A stretch of DNA of 61,684 nt, filler included. It is 13 parts of 13 records of this genome, joined end to end, with 100 filler letters (N's around TTAATTAATTAA, not from the genome) between each part and the next. Parts side by side here need not be neighbours in the genome. Positions count along the whole stretch, not along the records: positions 1 to 11,688 come from SRR15195285_10236; positions 11,789 to 19,280 come from SRR15195285_10246; 11 more parts are not named here. The stretch is one strand, 5' to 3'. This document shows positions 1-12,336 of this stretch, piece by piece. The notes under the pieces are model-generated. The model ran no database searches. It saw nothing but the letters and a program-made list of their open reading frames with translations, and had not been told where the DNA came from. The position numbers and the translations under genes were made by a program. The stretch's first letter is position 1, and every line of letters starts with the position of its first letter.

Positions 1-651
1 TTGCAGACGATTCGTTCCAAATTTTCGCTGTTCGGGCTATATCGTACATGTAGGTGCGCAGGGCGTTCAAGCGGAGACGAGCCGTTCATGGAGAGGCCCA
101 GCACATTCCGTCATCGAGAGTCCACCCAGTCGCCGGCACAAATCGGCACATGAGCTCAGCACCGACCCTCACCTCGGAGTTGGCAAAGTCTGTGCTGTAC
201 ATTTCCTTACCGTAACTTTGGTTCAAAGGGCACATCGCATACGGGACACACACTTCTTGAAAATCAGGATGCACTACAATTCTACATTCCCAGTGATTTC
301 TCACAACACCCCAGCAGCATCAGCGAGAAGTGTTCGTGAATTCTTGACTGCCTTCAAAAATCGCAAAATGCCTTTTGAAAATTCTCGCTCAAGCATCCGT
401 GGAAATCAGTGGGAAATTTCATTGTATGATATTCCCTGCTCACCTGCTCCACCCGAATTCGATGTGCCCGGGAGAGTTCGACTTAGTAGATACGGTAGTA
501 CCAAATATACGGTACGGAACTCTCACCGGTGCGCGCGCGCGGCGGACTACTATGATCGCGAGTATACAACAATTTTTTTGGCGAGAGGCTGCTTGGTGCT
601 TGGTGCTTGGCCGTCGGCTGCTGGTGCTTCTCAACGCCTCTGCGATCGCAG

Positions 652-2202
652 ATGTCGATCTATGGCGAGTCGTCGGAGGGAATGGAGTCAGTGGCGGCGG
701 GAGGTGCGGCTGGCGGCGGCGGCGCAGCTGTTGGGAAGGGTCTCGGTGGGGTGGTCGAGGCCGCGAAGCTTGAGGCGCCGGCCTCGCGCGGGACGGTGCT
801 GGCTGCGGTGCTGTGCTGCTTTGTGGTCATGATCCTCTTCGTTGACTTCGGCAGCGCGCCACCTGCTGATCGCCCTGCAGATGTGAGCGGAAACAACGGC
901 GGCGGCTCAGCGGCTGTACACTACTCCCACTGCAGCACGTATACGGCGAACACAAACTTCCTAATCGACGACATGGTGTGCCCTGACAACACCGCGTCCA
1001 GTCTCGACGAGTGCTACTATACCGAGCATCACAACTGTGGCTCAACCGAGGGCGTCTGGGTCAGCTGTGCCTCGTCAACCTGTGAAGCACGCCTCCCGCC
1101 GCCACCACCCGCGCCGCGCGAGTTCACGGGCGTCATCAGCAGTTTGCGGCTGGTGGGCGAGGACGGCGTATCCCAGGCCACGCCGCAGCAGGGAGGCATT
1201 CTGCAGGCGCAGGTCAACGGAGAATGGGGCTACGTCTGTGACGACTACTTCGACAGCAACTTGAATGCTGCTAGTGTGGCGTGCAGGCAGCTCGGCTACC
1301 CTGGCCCAGCGACCCACTGCAACGCCCATATTCCCAACCTGCTCTCGGATGTGGACCCGTACGGCTTGCCCTTTGTCCTCGATGATGTGCACTGCGGCTC
1401 ACCTTCCCTGACAACCCTCCAACAGTGCGAGGGGATGGTTGGACGTGAACGAGAAAACTGTGGGGCGTCCGAGGGAATTTTCTTGGTCTGTGGCACGGAT
1501 CGCTGCCCACCACCACCACCGCTGGCGTACCCGACCGGCCTACGCCTGGTTGGTGGTTCCAACCCAGGCGAGGGGATTCTCGAGGCTGCGCTTGCGACGT
1601 CCCCGAACAACTGGGGTCCTGTCTGCGATGACTACTTCGATCAGGATGGGATCGCCGCCTCCGTTGTCTGCCGACAGCTAGGCTACCCAGGTGGTACCGC
1701 AGCCAAACACTGCGACGTTCACGTGCCGTTCCCGAACTTCATCCTCGACGACGTCCACTGCCCAGACGCGAACGCAATGAACCTCCAGGAGTGCACCTAC
1801 CAGGTTACACACAACTGTGGCGTCACTGAGGGCATCTGGATCCAGTGCAACGCCGACCTGCCTTGCAACGCGCCACCACCACCGCCGCCATCATCATCAC
1901 CGTCCTCCGCCGTGGCACCACCGTCCGCTCGCACGGCCGGCCCGCCGATCGCTGGCATGCGTCTGGCCGGAAGTAATTTCGCTGGAAGGCTTGAGGTTAC
2001 GTACGACGGGCTGACTTGGGGTCCGGTCTGCGACGACTGGTTCGACATTGATGATCACCAGGTTGAGGTTGTGTGCCGACAGCTTGGTTTCTTGGACGAG
2101 CACGGTGGCCAGACGGGACGAGGGCACAGCGTTTGGATGCGGGATGGTTCTAACACAGGCACCAATCAGATCGACATCCTTGACAATTACCCCGGACGAT
2201 AG
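652..2202 (+). CDS. Type II membrane protein with scavenger receptor cysteine-rich (SRCR) domains
   Basis: First ATG at 652 in ORF 607..2202. N-terminal TM (VLAAVLCCFVVMILFV). Three copies of the SRCR N-half motif (RL.G...G.L....WG.VCDD.F.....V.CRQLG) and three of the C-half motif (DD..C.....L..C....NC...EG....C), separated by poly-Pro linkers. An SRCR-like ending lies in another frame, stopping at 2263. Confidence 0.85.
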   Translation: MSIYGESSEGMESVAAGGAAGGGGAAVGKGLGGVVEAAKLEAPASRGTVLAAVLCCFVVMILFVDFGSAPPADRPADVSGNNGGGSAAVHYSHCSTYTANTNFLIDDMVCPDNTASSLDECYYTEHHNCGSTEGVWVSCASSTCEARLPPPPPAPREFTGVISSLRLVGEDGVSQATPQQGGILQAQVNGEWGYVCDDYFDSNLNAASVACRQLGYPGPATHCNAHIPNLLSDVDPYGLPFVLDDVHCGSPSLTTLQQCEGMVGRERENCGASEGIFLVCGTDRCPPPPPLAYPTGLRLVGGSNPGEGILEAALATSPNNWGPVCDDYFDQDGIAASVVCRQLGYPGGTAAKHCDVHVPFPNFILDDVHCPDANAMNLQECTYQVTHNCGVTEGIWIQCNADLPCNAPPPPPPSSSPSSAVAPPSARTAGPPIAGMRLAGSNFAGRLEVTYDGLTWGPVCDDWFDIDDHQVEVVCRQLGFLDEHGGQTGRGHSVWMRDGSNTGTNQIDILDNYPGR

Positions 2203-2968
2203 TGCTCGGTACGATAGCGTGGATCGCATCACTACCGGCGTACTAGTTCGCTGTGAACCATAGCGAGTGAACAGATGAGCTCCTTACGATCTTCTTCAAG
2301 CACTGACCACTACCTTACCCATCCCACTAGGCGTAACCTCCGCTGCCGTGCCACGCATTCGTCAACCACCACCAGTACTGCTGGAGACGGGACTACCGTG
2401 ACCGGCGCAACAGGTTCGAGCACATCCATTCACCACGTCCCTTCATCCACTTCACGCAGTCCACTACGCTGCGATCCGTTTCGCTCCCGAAATCACCACC
2501 TGTTGGTCAGTGTGTAGAAAGATCTCCGTGCCCACATCAATTATTTTTTCAGTGTGCGATTGTTGTATCGGAGTGACACTGGCAAGCAAACCCCTATGTA
2601 CAACAACCGAGGCAGAGGCGATCAAAGCGCTACCCCCATGAAGCAAAATTCAAAATGGAATTCATTCAGCCACTCTATAATACGCGGCATGTACTGCTCA
2701 GGCCTTCTTGCAAATGCATGCACACCGGATGACGCGCGCATAATGGAACGTACGGTATTGGATATTTAGGGTGCATCTTGATGTTGCGCTGCTCACCCTC
2801 CGTCCTCACGCTCCCAATGCCGACCCTCACCTCCCCCAGCTACCCTCACCCTCCATTCTAACCCCCTTTGTGATACCACTTGTTGCTAACAAACGAGCGG
2901 TGTCACAGCGGAGTATGCATAACCTCGCTGTGGAGCCCAAGTCGAGGTCAACATGATTATGCCAGGAC

Positions 2969-5900
2969 TCAATCTTTCGCGCTATCGTCGCTGTCGTGGT
3001 CGCTATCGCTGTCGTCATTGGTGGCCGCAAACATCGGGTTCGTCATCGCCGCTGCCGATCCCGTGCCCTTCGTGGTCTTGCCACGCCTGCGCAGCTTGTC
3101 CCTTGTTTGGATTGGACTCGAAACAGGCGCTGCATGCATTGGATTGACGATTTGCCTACCGGCCGAGAGCCCTCCAGTATCGTCAGCCAAAATCGCAATG
3201 CCATCCATAGTTGCATTGTCATCGGATTTGTCCCGGGTTGGGTCGTCTTCATCAGATGGCTTCAGCTTAGACTCCGTTTTCAACTCCAGAGCCTCCGGAC
3301 CAACTACATCCCAATCCCAGTTCGTCTCACTAATGCGGTCCCCGAGGTCAATCATGATCATACCGATCATCGTGGGCAGCAGGTTGCCTTCAGCGTCAAG
3401 GTTGCGCTTCTCTGGCTCATCCTTGTACTCCATGTACATGAAACACTTCAGAAGGATCGCCTCGACCACCCCATTGCCAATCTGGTTGCCTTCCTCATCG
3501 ACCTCGTCTGGGTCAGACACATCGTACACTAGACCTTGGCCGACTCCTTCGTTCCAGGCGGCCCCCTCGGCATTTTCCACATGCTCGATAAAGGGTATGC
3601 TGTCTGTCTGCTTTTTTGTGCGGTTCACGCGTATTTGGACGAAGACCAATTGGTTTTTCTCATCCTCATCAGCAAATTGGCCAATTGTTTCGATCAAGAA
3701 CTTTTTGTGCCACTTGATTCGCAGCACGTTCACAAGCATTCGGCGACCAGCGCGCCGCATCTCCAAATCGATGTGCCCGATGAGGTCACCTTCTACCATC
3801 TCTTCGCCAGAGAGCTCGAAGTGCCGGTCGCCTAAAAGTCCATGGTGATTGTAACTGAACCACCCGCTTTGGCCAATGTCACCGACCATGTGCAATCGTG
3901 CTACAACACCTCCGTCTTGAAAGACCACAGCATGCGCATTTACCTCGACGATTTGGTTGAAACTGATGCGACCAACTTTGTGCATCTCCCAGTCCACGGC
4001 CTTCAGCATCTTGGTCGAAACTGAAACGCCCTTAGGCTCTATGCAACGATATCGCGAGCCGAGCGGCCCGAGCTCCACCCTGATAAGGTCGACGCGAGCA
4101 TGATGCAACTCGTCCCCGACTGTAATATAGGAATCGTATATCACGTACAAAAACATCGGAATATTGCTGAGAATCATCAATGCCCCGACCTCATCTGGAC
4201 CGAAGATCTCTCCTTGCAAGTCGACGCGCAGTACGACTGCAGATAGGTACGCTAAGACAATAATTGCCTGACCGAATGCTGCCAATGCGTTTGTCCTGTC
4301 TTCAGCGTACGGCTGCTGGCTCAGGAACGCAAACAGCATCCATGAACTGAATAGCAGTCCCATCAAAGCCTGCATTATTGAGCCGCGCTCAATGAATGTG
4401 AGCAAACCGATTAGGAAAACCTTCTGCGTCATCTGATAAATTTCCCAGAGGTAACAGTGTGGCTTGTAGTCCATGTACAACGATTCATATTCGTGCGGTC
4501 CTTCATGTCTGTAAATATCTTCTCTGACCCGGTAAAGCACAAATGTTAAGCCGAACGGAATGCCAAGCGGCCATCCGCACATGAATCCGAACGCAATCCA
4601 CGAGTATAGGCGATAGTCTGGGCTCAGGCACGACTGGGAGAAATCGCCCATCATTAGCATAGTTGCTGGGTCTCCTGTCTTGTAGCACATGAAGAAGGCA
4701 AATATTCTGTTCGTGACGGCGGGAAAAGCCAGGTAAACAACAAACAGTGCTTTTGTCACAGCTGCCTGCTTGTAGTCAGCTATTTCCATCTCAACATTGT
4801 ACCTCGCCTCCAGCTCTTTTGGATCCATCTCTTCCTCATGGTCATCGTCTGCGTCCTCTAGCAGAGTGCCCTGCTGGTCAAATGTGTCCAGCTTTTTGTC
4901 ACCTGCAGAAGCGGTTGTGGCTTGCTGATCTGCATTGTTAGCACTTCCTGTGCTGAAAGTCTCTGCTCGGCCTTGAGGTTGAGTCTTGATTACACCGTCC
5001 CCCATCTTAACCCGGGCGCCGTCAGGATTCTTTGACTTCAGCCGGCCGTCCTGTCTGCGTTTCTGATGTGCAGCAGCTTTCTTCGCTTTGACCATTTTGG
5101 CCTTCTTAGGGTCTTCTGGGTCATGACCAAGCTTGCGTAGCTTATTCATCAGACGGTGTTTCGCCACAGCATAGTCAAGCAAGAAAAGTAGTGCTACGAG
5201 AACTGGAACCAAGAGCTGGCCAACCATTTTTTGATGATAAGTGGTGGTTGCCAGGCATCCAACGCCTGGAAATTGGAATATGTTGAAGCTAACCAAGCCC
5301 TTGATTCGTTGAAGGTATGCTTGAACGAACGGTGGAAACTTGAGATTGAGCGTCATGTCCATGGCACTGAAAATTTGCATGACACCAATGACGATCTGTG
5401 CAGCGATTGCCGTTAGTGCTGCCTAATGCAGGTGAAAAATACTGAACAAGGTCCGAGCCAAATGATTGCGCACCTGAATGTCGCCTAGCAGGAGTGGCAG
5501 TACCCGCGCTAGCACCCCAAAAAGCTCCCTCAGCTGCCGATTCCGTTTCAAGGCAGGAATTACGACAACAATCAGAAACGCAAAGCCGCCGAAAACAAGA
5601 AAGATTGAACCGCCAGCATCTGCTGCAGATACGCAAAACTCGCAACCTGTTGCCTTCATTGTGTATCCTTGTGCACATTCGGAGCTGTACGCAGCCACCA
5701 ACACAGGCTTGAGTTAGGAGTCATCGCTACAGCGATCGCAAGAGGAATCCTAGCGAGAAAGTTCAACACTTACCAAAGTTTTCCTGAGTATCCCGCATTG
5801 CATCGATCCACCCTATCAGTCACGTTGTTCTTGCATGTTCCTGGCAATGACCGTTGTCCGCTCAGGGTGTTGACCTCACCATCTTCAAGAGGGTCTTCGA

Positions 5901-8900
5901 GCAGTACTCCTTCTCCGGCACATTCTGGGTCCTCAAGACGCAACGGGCGTGGTATGGTTTGATTGCGGACAAACGCTGGGTACCGATAATCGAGCTCAGC
6001 CCGGCAGGAGCCACCGTAAGGAGCCTCCTCGTTTTTGCGGATTGGGCACCCAAGTACATTACGTTCTAGGAAACTAAACTCAGGATGTACAAGAGCCGAC
6101 TGGCCGACATCCAGAGGGTAGAAGCCTCCCATGCCAGCATAACCTGGTTTTTCTCGTTCCGGACCATAAATGTTGGGAGCTACAGACTCAACAGCATCCA
6201 CGTATGGGCACCCTTCCACACCCCCTTCTTGAGCGCAGTCCCAAGTGGCATCAGCTTCTCGATATCCACAAGATTCTGCACCTCCACAACCCGCGTAGGC
6301 GCTGGTTCTGTTTTCGCTGTCTTCGATCACAGGGTTGACCGTCGTCCAGCCTTCAGCGACAAAGGGAATGCCCTTGTAGCCATCGAACGAGCACTCCAGG
6401 CAGTCAGGGCAAGGTATACACCGTTGTCTGGTTGAATCGTACGCCTTGACGGACTGCATGACACCCTTATTGATGTTGAATCCGTCGACCTCCACGACAG
6501 TTGGCTGCGCAATGCGACCTTCGGGAAAACACCATATCGGATTACCCCGGAGAGCTTTTCCGCCGGTCAGCCAAGATCCTTGACGCTCATTCTCCCTTTC
6601 CATGTCTATCGTTTCTTCTGTTCCATCATCGGAGCCTAAGTTGCTAGCCGCGTCCGACAATTTAGAGAACTCGTTTAGGAATTTCATTACGCCTTCTTCA
6701 CTGGTGGATATGTGGTACACGGGTGGTGGCTGCCACGGAAGCCCAGGAGGACACGTGTCCGCATCAACACAAAATTCGAAACCACAGTCAACTGGTTCTT
6801 CCAGTTGCTCGAACGGCGGCTTACTTGACAAAAACATGCTCCCCTCAACCCAATGACCAGTGTCGCGCCAGGTGGCTTCACAGTCAAGAACAAGATCGCC
6901 ATTTTCGTGCAGAAGCGCCGCACTGTGACGTATCATACCAGCATCGAAAAGGTCAAAAGTTCCAGATGGGCAGTGACATTGAGAAATATTGACACTCCTA
7001 ACCGCGTCCGTGACCAAACCACCATCGCACTTGATGCAAGTTGCCCTCACCTCCTTGTATCGGTATTCATTCATGGGACAGTCAAGACAACTGCTCTGAT
7101 CTGCTTTTTGATAGGTGCCTGGGGGGCACGGCTTACACGTCCCAGCCCTGCCAGCTTTGCCGGTTGGGCAAGAGACGCATAGATGCTTATTCGGCTCGGG
7201 TTCTGTGCCGTCTTGGCATAAAGTGCAGGTCCCGTCCATGCCAGCGTGTCCGTCAGGGCAAGCATGGCACGGGTAAGTGATTTCTGGCAGATCAGATTTG
7301 AAAAGTTCTGTACCCGCTGGACACGCCTCGCATTTTGCAAGCTCCCTGTTGTAGTACTGGCCATCCGAACAAGGAAGGCAGGTGGTTTGTGTGTCGTCAG
7401 GTTGCATGCCAGTAGGGCACAGTTGGCATCCTAGTCCATCAGGAGATACTGTTCCTGGCAAAAATACACAGCGATCGCATCCAAACTCGCGCAATTCGTT
7501 GCCTATCGGCATCCAGTCACCGTTTGGACCAGACAGCCAAGAATGTTCCAAAAACGCACTCGTCCAACCTGGACCCTCACGAACCGGTGGATGATACACG
7601 CAGTCGTAGTGAGACACATTGTGCGTGTTCTGCACAGCACATGCAGTCTCCTCGGCATTTAGTTCACACTCAGTTCGATTTGCAGGAGTATATACGCAAT
7701 CACCGCCTCTCCAATTGTATTGACAATCTCCGGCTCCTTCGCACGCAGCCTGTGCTTCGACACTTGGCGTACCCGGCTGGAAGCTTGCACACGTAGCTGT
7801 GGACCGAGCAACACATGCACCGGCGACGGTATATTCGCACTTGCCGTCACCCGCCTCAACAAGATCACCATCCAATGTTTCAACCTTCGCCACATCAGAG
7901 TTGCACAGGTCTTCATCTGCTAGTGTAATGCATTTCTCGGCATAGATTGCTGAGCAGGTGGACACGATAGCACAAGAAGATTCATCATCACTGACTGCGC
8001 ACTCGGTTGAGCAATTGTAGCTGCCGTAGCCCGCTCCTGTTCCCATGCTCATGGGGTTTTCGACAGGACCTGACCCTGGTTGCCACTGACTGCAATCAAG
8101 GTTGGTATGGTCGTCCGTTCCTGTGCACTTGGCCGCCCCGGTACCAGTACCGTCATCGATGCCAGTACAGGCGGGGATTGCGACCCAGTGTGTGCCTTTG
8201 GGTTCATATCCACCTGGACACCGCGCGCACACACCTTCGGCGACATCGACGTTGGCCTGCCGTGCAAATCCATCCAAGCAGATGCACTCATTACCCTCTT
8301 CATTCGGTTCGCTGACTTCAGTGTCACAGACAAGCGCTAGCACCTCTGGGTACGTGACTGGAGGTACAAGCTCAGCATTGTACGTCACAGTTATAGAGTG
8401 GTATCCAGTCCTCATTAGAAGCACCGAAAATGAGTACGTCGCTGACACCGGGTCGAACGTGGAGAAGAATCTGAAACTAGCGCCCGATGGATTGGTATAG
8501 TTCTCGGTGGACCCTTCGACAGCCGTTGCTTCGAACAGCAGCCCAAAAGTGTTGATGTTGTTTCCAAAGAGGTCCTTCGGTTTGACTGTAATCGTCGCTG
8601 CACTGCGAGCGACAATATCTGGCAATGGGTTCACTAAAGACATCGATGGCACAATTGCGTTTGGAATGACAACGATCGTGCTTTCCAGTCCCCAGCTAGA
8701 TGACACATCCACACCCGATGCCAATGAACTGACAATTGTGGTGAGGGTATCGTACTGCCCAACAAGTCGTGGTGCGGTGTAATGAAGTTCAATTTGTGTC
8801 TGCGCATTGACCTCTAGGAGTCCAGTATCTGTACCGCCGCAGTTGGAAAAAGTGACCGTGCCATTCGGCTCAGTCGATGGCTCCCACACCGCACAGTCCA

Positions 8901-11688
8901 ACATTTCCCAGTATACAGCTTCCTCATCGGCATTATATAGAGTGAACAGTGTCGAGGTAGACATCCCAGCAGGTACGGTCACCGGTGGCAAGCGATCTGG
9001 CATTGCCATCACCTGTAAATTTGCAGCTACAATGTTGACGGTGACACCAAACGAATAGTACCCGGCACTAGTAGTGAATGTGCCGCTAGTGTTGTGCATT
9101 CCAGTCGAAATGCTAGCGCCTGCCGATCGAAGTATCACATTCAGGCCCTCTCCAGGTTGGAGGACTTGTGGTAGTTGACGTGGATTGCAAAAATCAACGC
9201 ACTCATCATCCGTAATGCGCTCAACGGAGACCCAGCTGGCATGCAATTCGATCTCGAATATGGTAGCCGGTTGACCTCCAGTATTTGAGATGTGTAGTAT
9301 ATCATCGGCGTAGGTAGTTGACAGAGTCTGAGTGGTTATGACTGCAGGATCGAGTTGGACTCGTGCCACTAGCACATCGAGAGTCACAGTGCACTCCGCA
9401 CTGTGCCGAAATACGCTCGCATCGTCAGATTGATTAGACCTCAGATACTGATAGCCGGTGATGTTGTAGACCAGCTGTGGAGAGACTGGAAATGTCTCAG
9501 GAGCGCGGACACTGCAGCTCGTGTCGGTACAACTATCGCCGGTGTAATTTCCCGACGTTACTGCGACTGCATCGCCTGCTGCAATGCTAACCCATTGCGA
9601 CGACAGTGCACACAGCTCCTCTATCGAACTGAACTGGTACCCATCAGCGCCAACTGGAACTACCAACGTTTGATTGATGCAGCCTAAGGCCTCACATGCA
9701 GGACGGCACAGGCCTAGAGTACCGAGAGTACCGTTCGGGCAGTTCACGCACGCAGTACGGTTCACGTTTGGCGTGGTGCCATGTGTGCAAGACTCACACA
9801 TTGCGCCATCGAGGCTGACAGCCGCTGGGCCCACGGACTGGCATCCAACGCAAGCGGCTCGAGAGGGGATACTCTGGGTGCCTGGAGCACATTTACTACA
9901 GACACCGTAAGGGCTGAACTGTCCTTGTGGGCACGGTACGCAGTAAGTCCGCCCCGCACCATGACGCTCAGACATTCCCTCTGGCACAATCCACGGATCT
10001 GGCTGCTTACCAGCTGGGCAAGCGTAGCATTGGGAAGCTCCAAGGCCGGAGATTAAGGCATTGTCTTTTGACTGATACGATTCGCACGTGCGACAGATGC
10101 CGATGGCGCTGTACCATCCCGGCTGGCAGCTGACACAATCAGTCCGCAGCTCATTGGGTTCTTTGCCTGGCTCGCACTCGTCGCACCGAATGCCACTTGC
10201 ACTATATCGGCTGTCACCAAGCGTGTTGCAAGATACACAAGCACCCGCTGCTAAGTCGTCCGACGGCTGTTCACCTGGCCCACAGTTGCGGCCTTCCTCT
10301 ATGAACCTTGGTCCCCAGTACTCACAGGCCTTCCAGTCTGTCATGGCATACTGTTCCAGAACCGCAGCGGGCTGGAGAGGGTCCACAACTGTCGGATTTG
10401 CAAAATCTGGAGGAATGTATGACCCACACGCCACACAGAACGATGCACCGTACATTTGGTTTGGAACAGTGCCGCGCTCGCACGGACGACATCCTGCGGT
10501 AGAACCTTCGGAACTGAACCACAGTCGCGGGCAGTTGGCACACGCTGTCTTCTCGACGTTTGCTTCTTTCCCAGCCCCACAGCGTGCACACTGGCCCTCC
10601 GTCCCTGCCCATCCATTTGGACATTCTTCTTCCCCACTTGCGTCTAGATTTGGCTGTCGTCCGTTCAGCGCCTGCGTACAATTTGCTCCGTCAAGTGTGT
10701 ACGTCTTGGGCGGGCAGGGAGTACATTTATAGCCATCGGCTGACGTCTGACCTGGGACGCATGCCTGGCAGATGCTCCTACTTGCACTGGGCTCGGTGGC
10801 AGCTGGACAAGGGTGACAGAATCCGCCAGTTCCCGCTCGTCCAGCCGAACATCTGACACAGTCGCACAGATTGGCTGTAGGCTCATATCCGTCTGCGCAC
10901 TGACTACACGAAAGCAATGCACCGCGACTGGAAGAACCGGGGGGACAAGCTACACATTCTCCACCTGTAAAAGTTCCGGTTGCGTTACAGATATGCTCCC
11001 CTCCGGGCCCTGCAACTCCATCCAACCCAGGCTCGTAGCCACAATTGCAAATGTAGTCGCACTGCTCGGCGGTGGTGCCTTGGCACCACACAGGTGAGTC
11101 TTCAATTCTGAGACCACTATGGCAGGTGTTTGGAATGCATTTGCCACCGACGAATTGTCCTGAGGGCATACATAGTCGGGGCTTAACTGCGGTGTAGCCT
11201 TCGTCGCAAACGAAGTTACATTCATCTGTTGTGTTGCCGACGCATGTTGTCGGGGAATACTGCATAGTCAGATTTGCAAAGCACGCATCAGCGGTGCACT
11301 TATATGAGCGAGCAGAAGCGGAATATCCTAAAGCACAATCTACACAAGCCGTTGTCGCAATTGAATCGTCATCAAACTGACCTGCGGGGCAGTCAGAACA
11401 ATAGGCCATGCTGTACTGGGGCTGGTATTGCCCTGCCGCACACGGCAAGCAGTACGTTCGGCCAGGCACATCCTGGTACGTACCAGGCTCGCACACCTCG
11501 CACATCGTGAGATTCGACGCAAGGTTTGACGTGTACTGACCGGGAGCACACTCGATACAGAAAGGTGATCCAGCAGAAGCCGCGAACTGACCAAGCTGAC
11601 AATCCCAGCACTCAGCAACACTTGTCCCACCTGTCTGATTGAGGAACCGTCCCGGGACGCAGTCGATACAGTCTGTCTCCTGGTCACT
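2969..11688 (-). CDS. Giant (>2850 aa, 5'-partial) Cys-rich repeat cell-surface protein with multi-TM region and C-terminal SH3-like and C2-like domains
   Basis: Frame is open from the contig edge at 11688. Dozens of C..C..G repeats (GCC2/GCC3 ephrin-receptor-like), sushi-like repeats and an Ig/filamin-like segment (ITVKPKDLFGN). GT-AG introns 5773-5685 and 5473-5396 join ORFs 5770..11505, 5423..5704 and 2969..5380 in frame (SGKL-C-SECAQGY; GDIQ-IVIGVMQI). Several hydrophobic helices follow. Confidence 0.85.
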
Positions 11689-11788
11689 NNNNNNNNNNNN
11701 NNNNNNNNNNNNNNNNNNNNNNNNNNNNNNNNTTAATTAATTAANNNNNNNNNNNNNNNNNNNNNNNNNNNNNNNNNNNNNNNNNNNN
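11689..11788. other. Artificial contig spacer
   Basis: N44-TTAATTAATTAA-N44, stops in all six frames. Confidence 0.99.
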
Positions 11789-12227
11789 CCGCCGCGGACC
11801 GAAGCTCTCACCTGTGTTTCGCTCTGGGCTTGCCCTCTCGGACGAAGGCCTCCCAGAGGTGGTGCCCGGAAATCTGGGGCCCACGCTCGAGACAGGAGAC
11901 AGGCCCGCCACAGCAATAGTTCGCGAGCGTATGACCATTGGCCAGCGTCAACTGGACCAGCTGATCCGTGGCAAGGCACTCACATACACCGTGAGGTTCA
12001 TAATTATGTGTTGATACATAACCGAGCGTCCTGTCGCATAGCTCGCGATGGGACGGGTTGCCACGCGTGCTGAGGTGCGTTAGATCTACGTCGTCTAGGA
12101 CAAGCGGATTCTTTTGACCTTTTCGCTCCTTCCAATAGAAGGAAACACTCGGGTGGTTGGGAAAATTGCGTCGGCGCTGGAGCAGCTCTCGGTGTCAGCC
12201 TCGGGCAGCCTTAGGTCCCACCTTTGA
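11789..12227 (+). CDS. 3' end of an unknown protein ending in PTS1-type tripeptide SHL
   Basis: Open frame from the contig start to 11990, intron 11991-12098 (GTGAGG...TCTAG), last exon DKRILLTFSLLPIEGNTRVVGKIASALEQLSVSASGSLRSHL*. Confidence 0.65.
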
Positions 12228-12336
12228 GAGTGGGGGGTTCTTGTGGCCATGGTGCGTGCGTGACATAGCTGTGGCAAGCTGTACGTCGACCAATTCATTT
12301 GCGCAAAAACCCTGACAACGTACGTGGCCTCGACCA

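Noticed and set aside
2264-2960. Possible small spliced gene on the minus strand (CTGAC...CAG acceptor near 2500)
   Set aside because: No convincing donor, start codon or protein motif
2880-3848. Long antisense ORFs (2880..3848, 39263..40123, 49665..50300, 59113..59889 and others)
   Set aside because: These are shadow frames of real GC-rich genes, with no recognisable motifs
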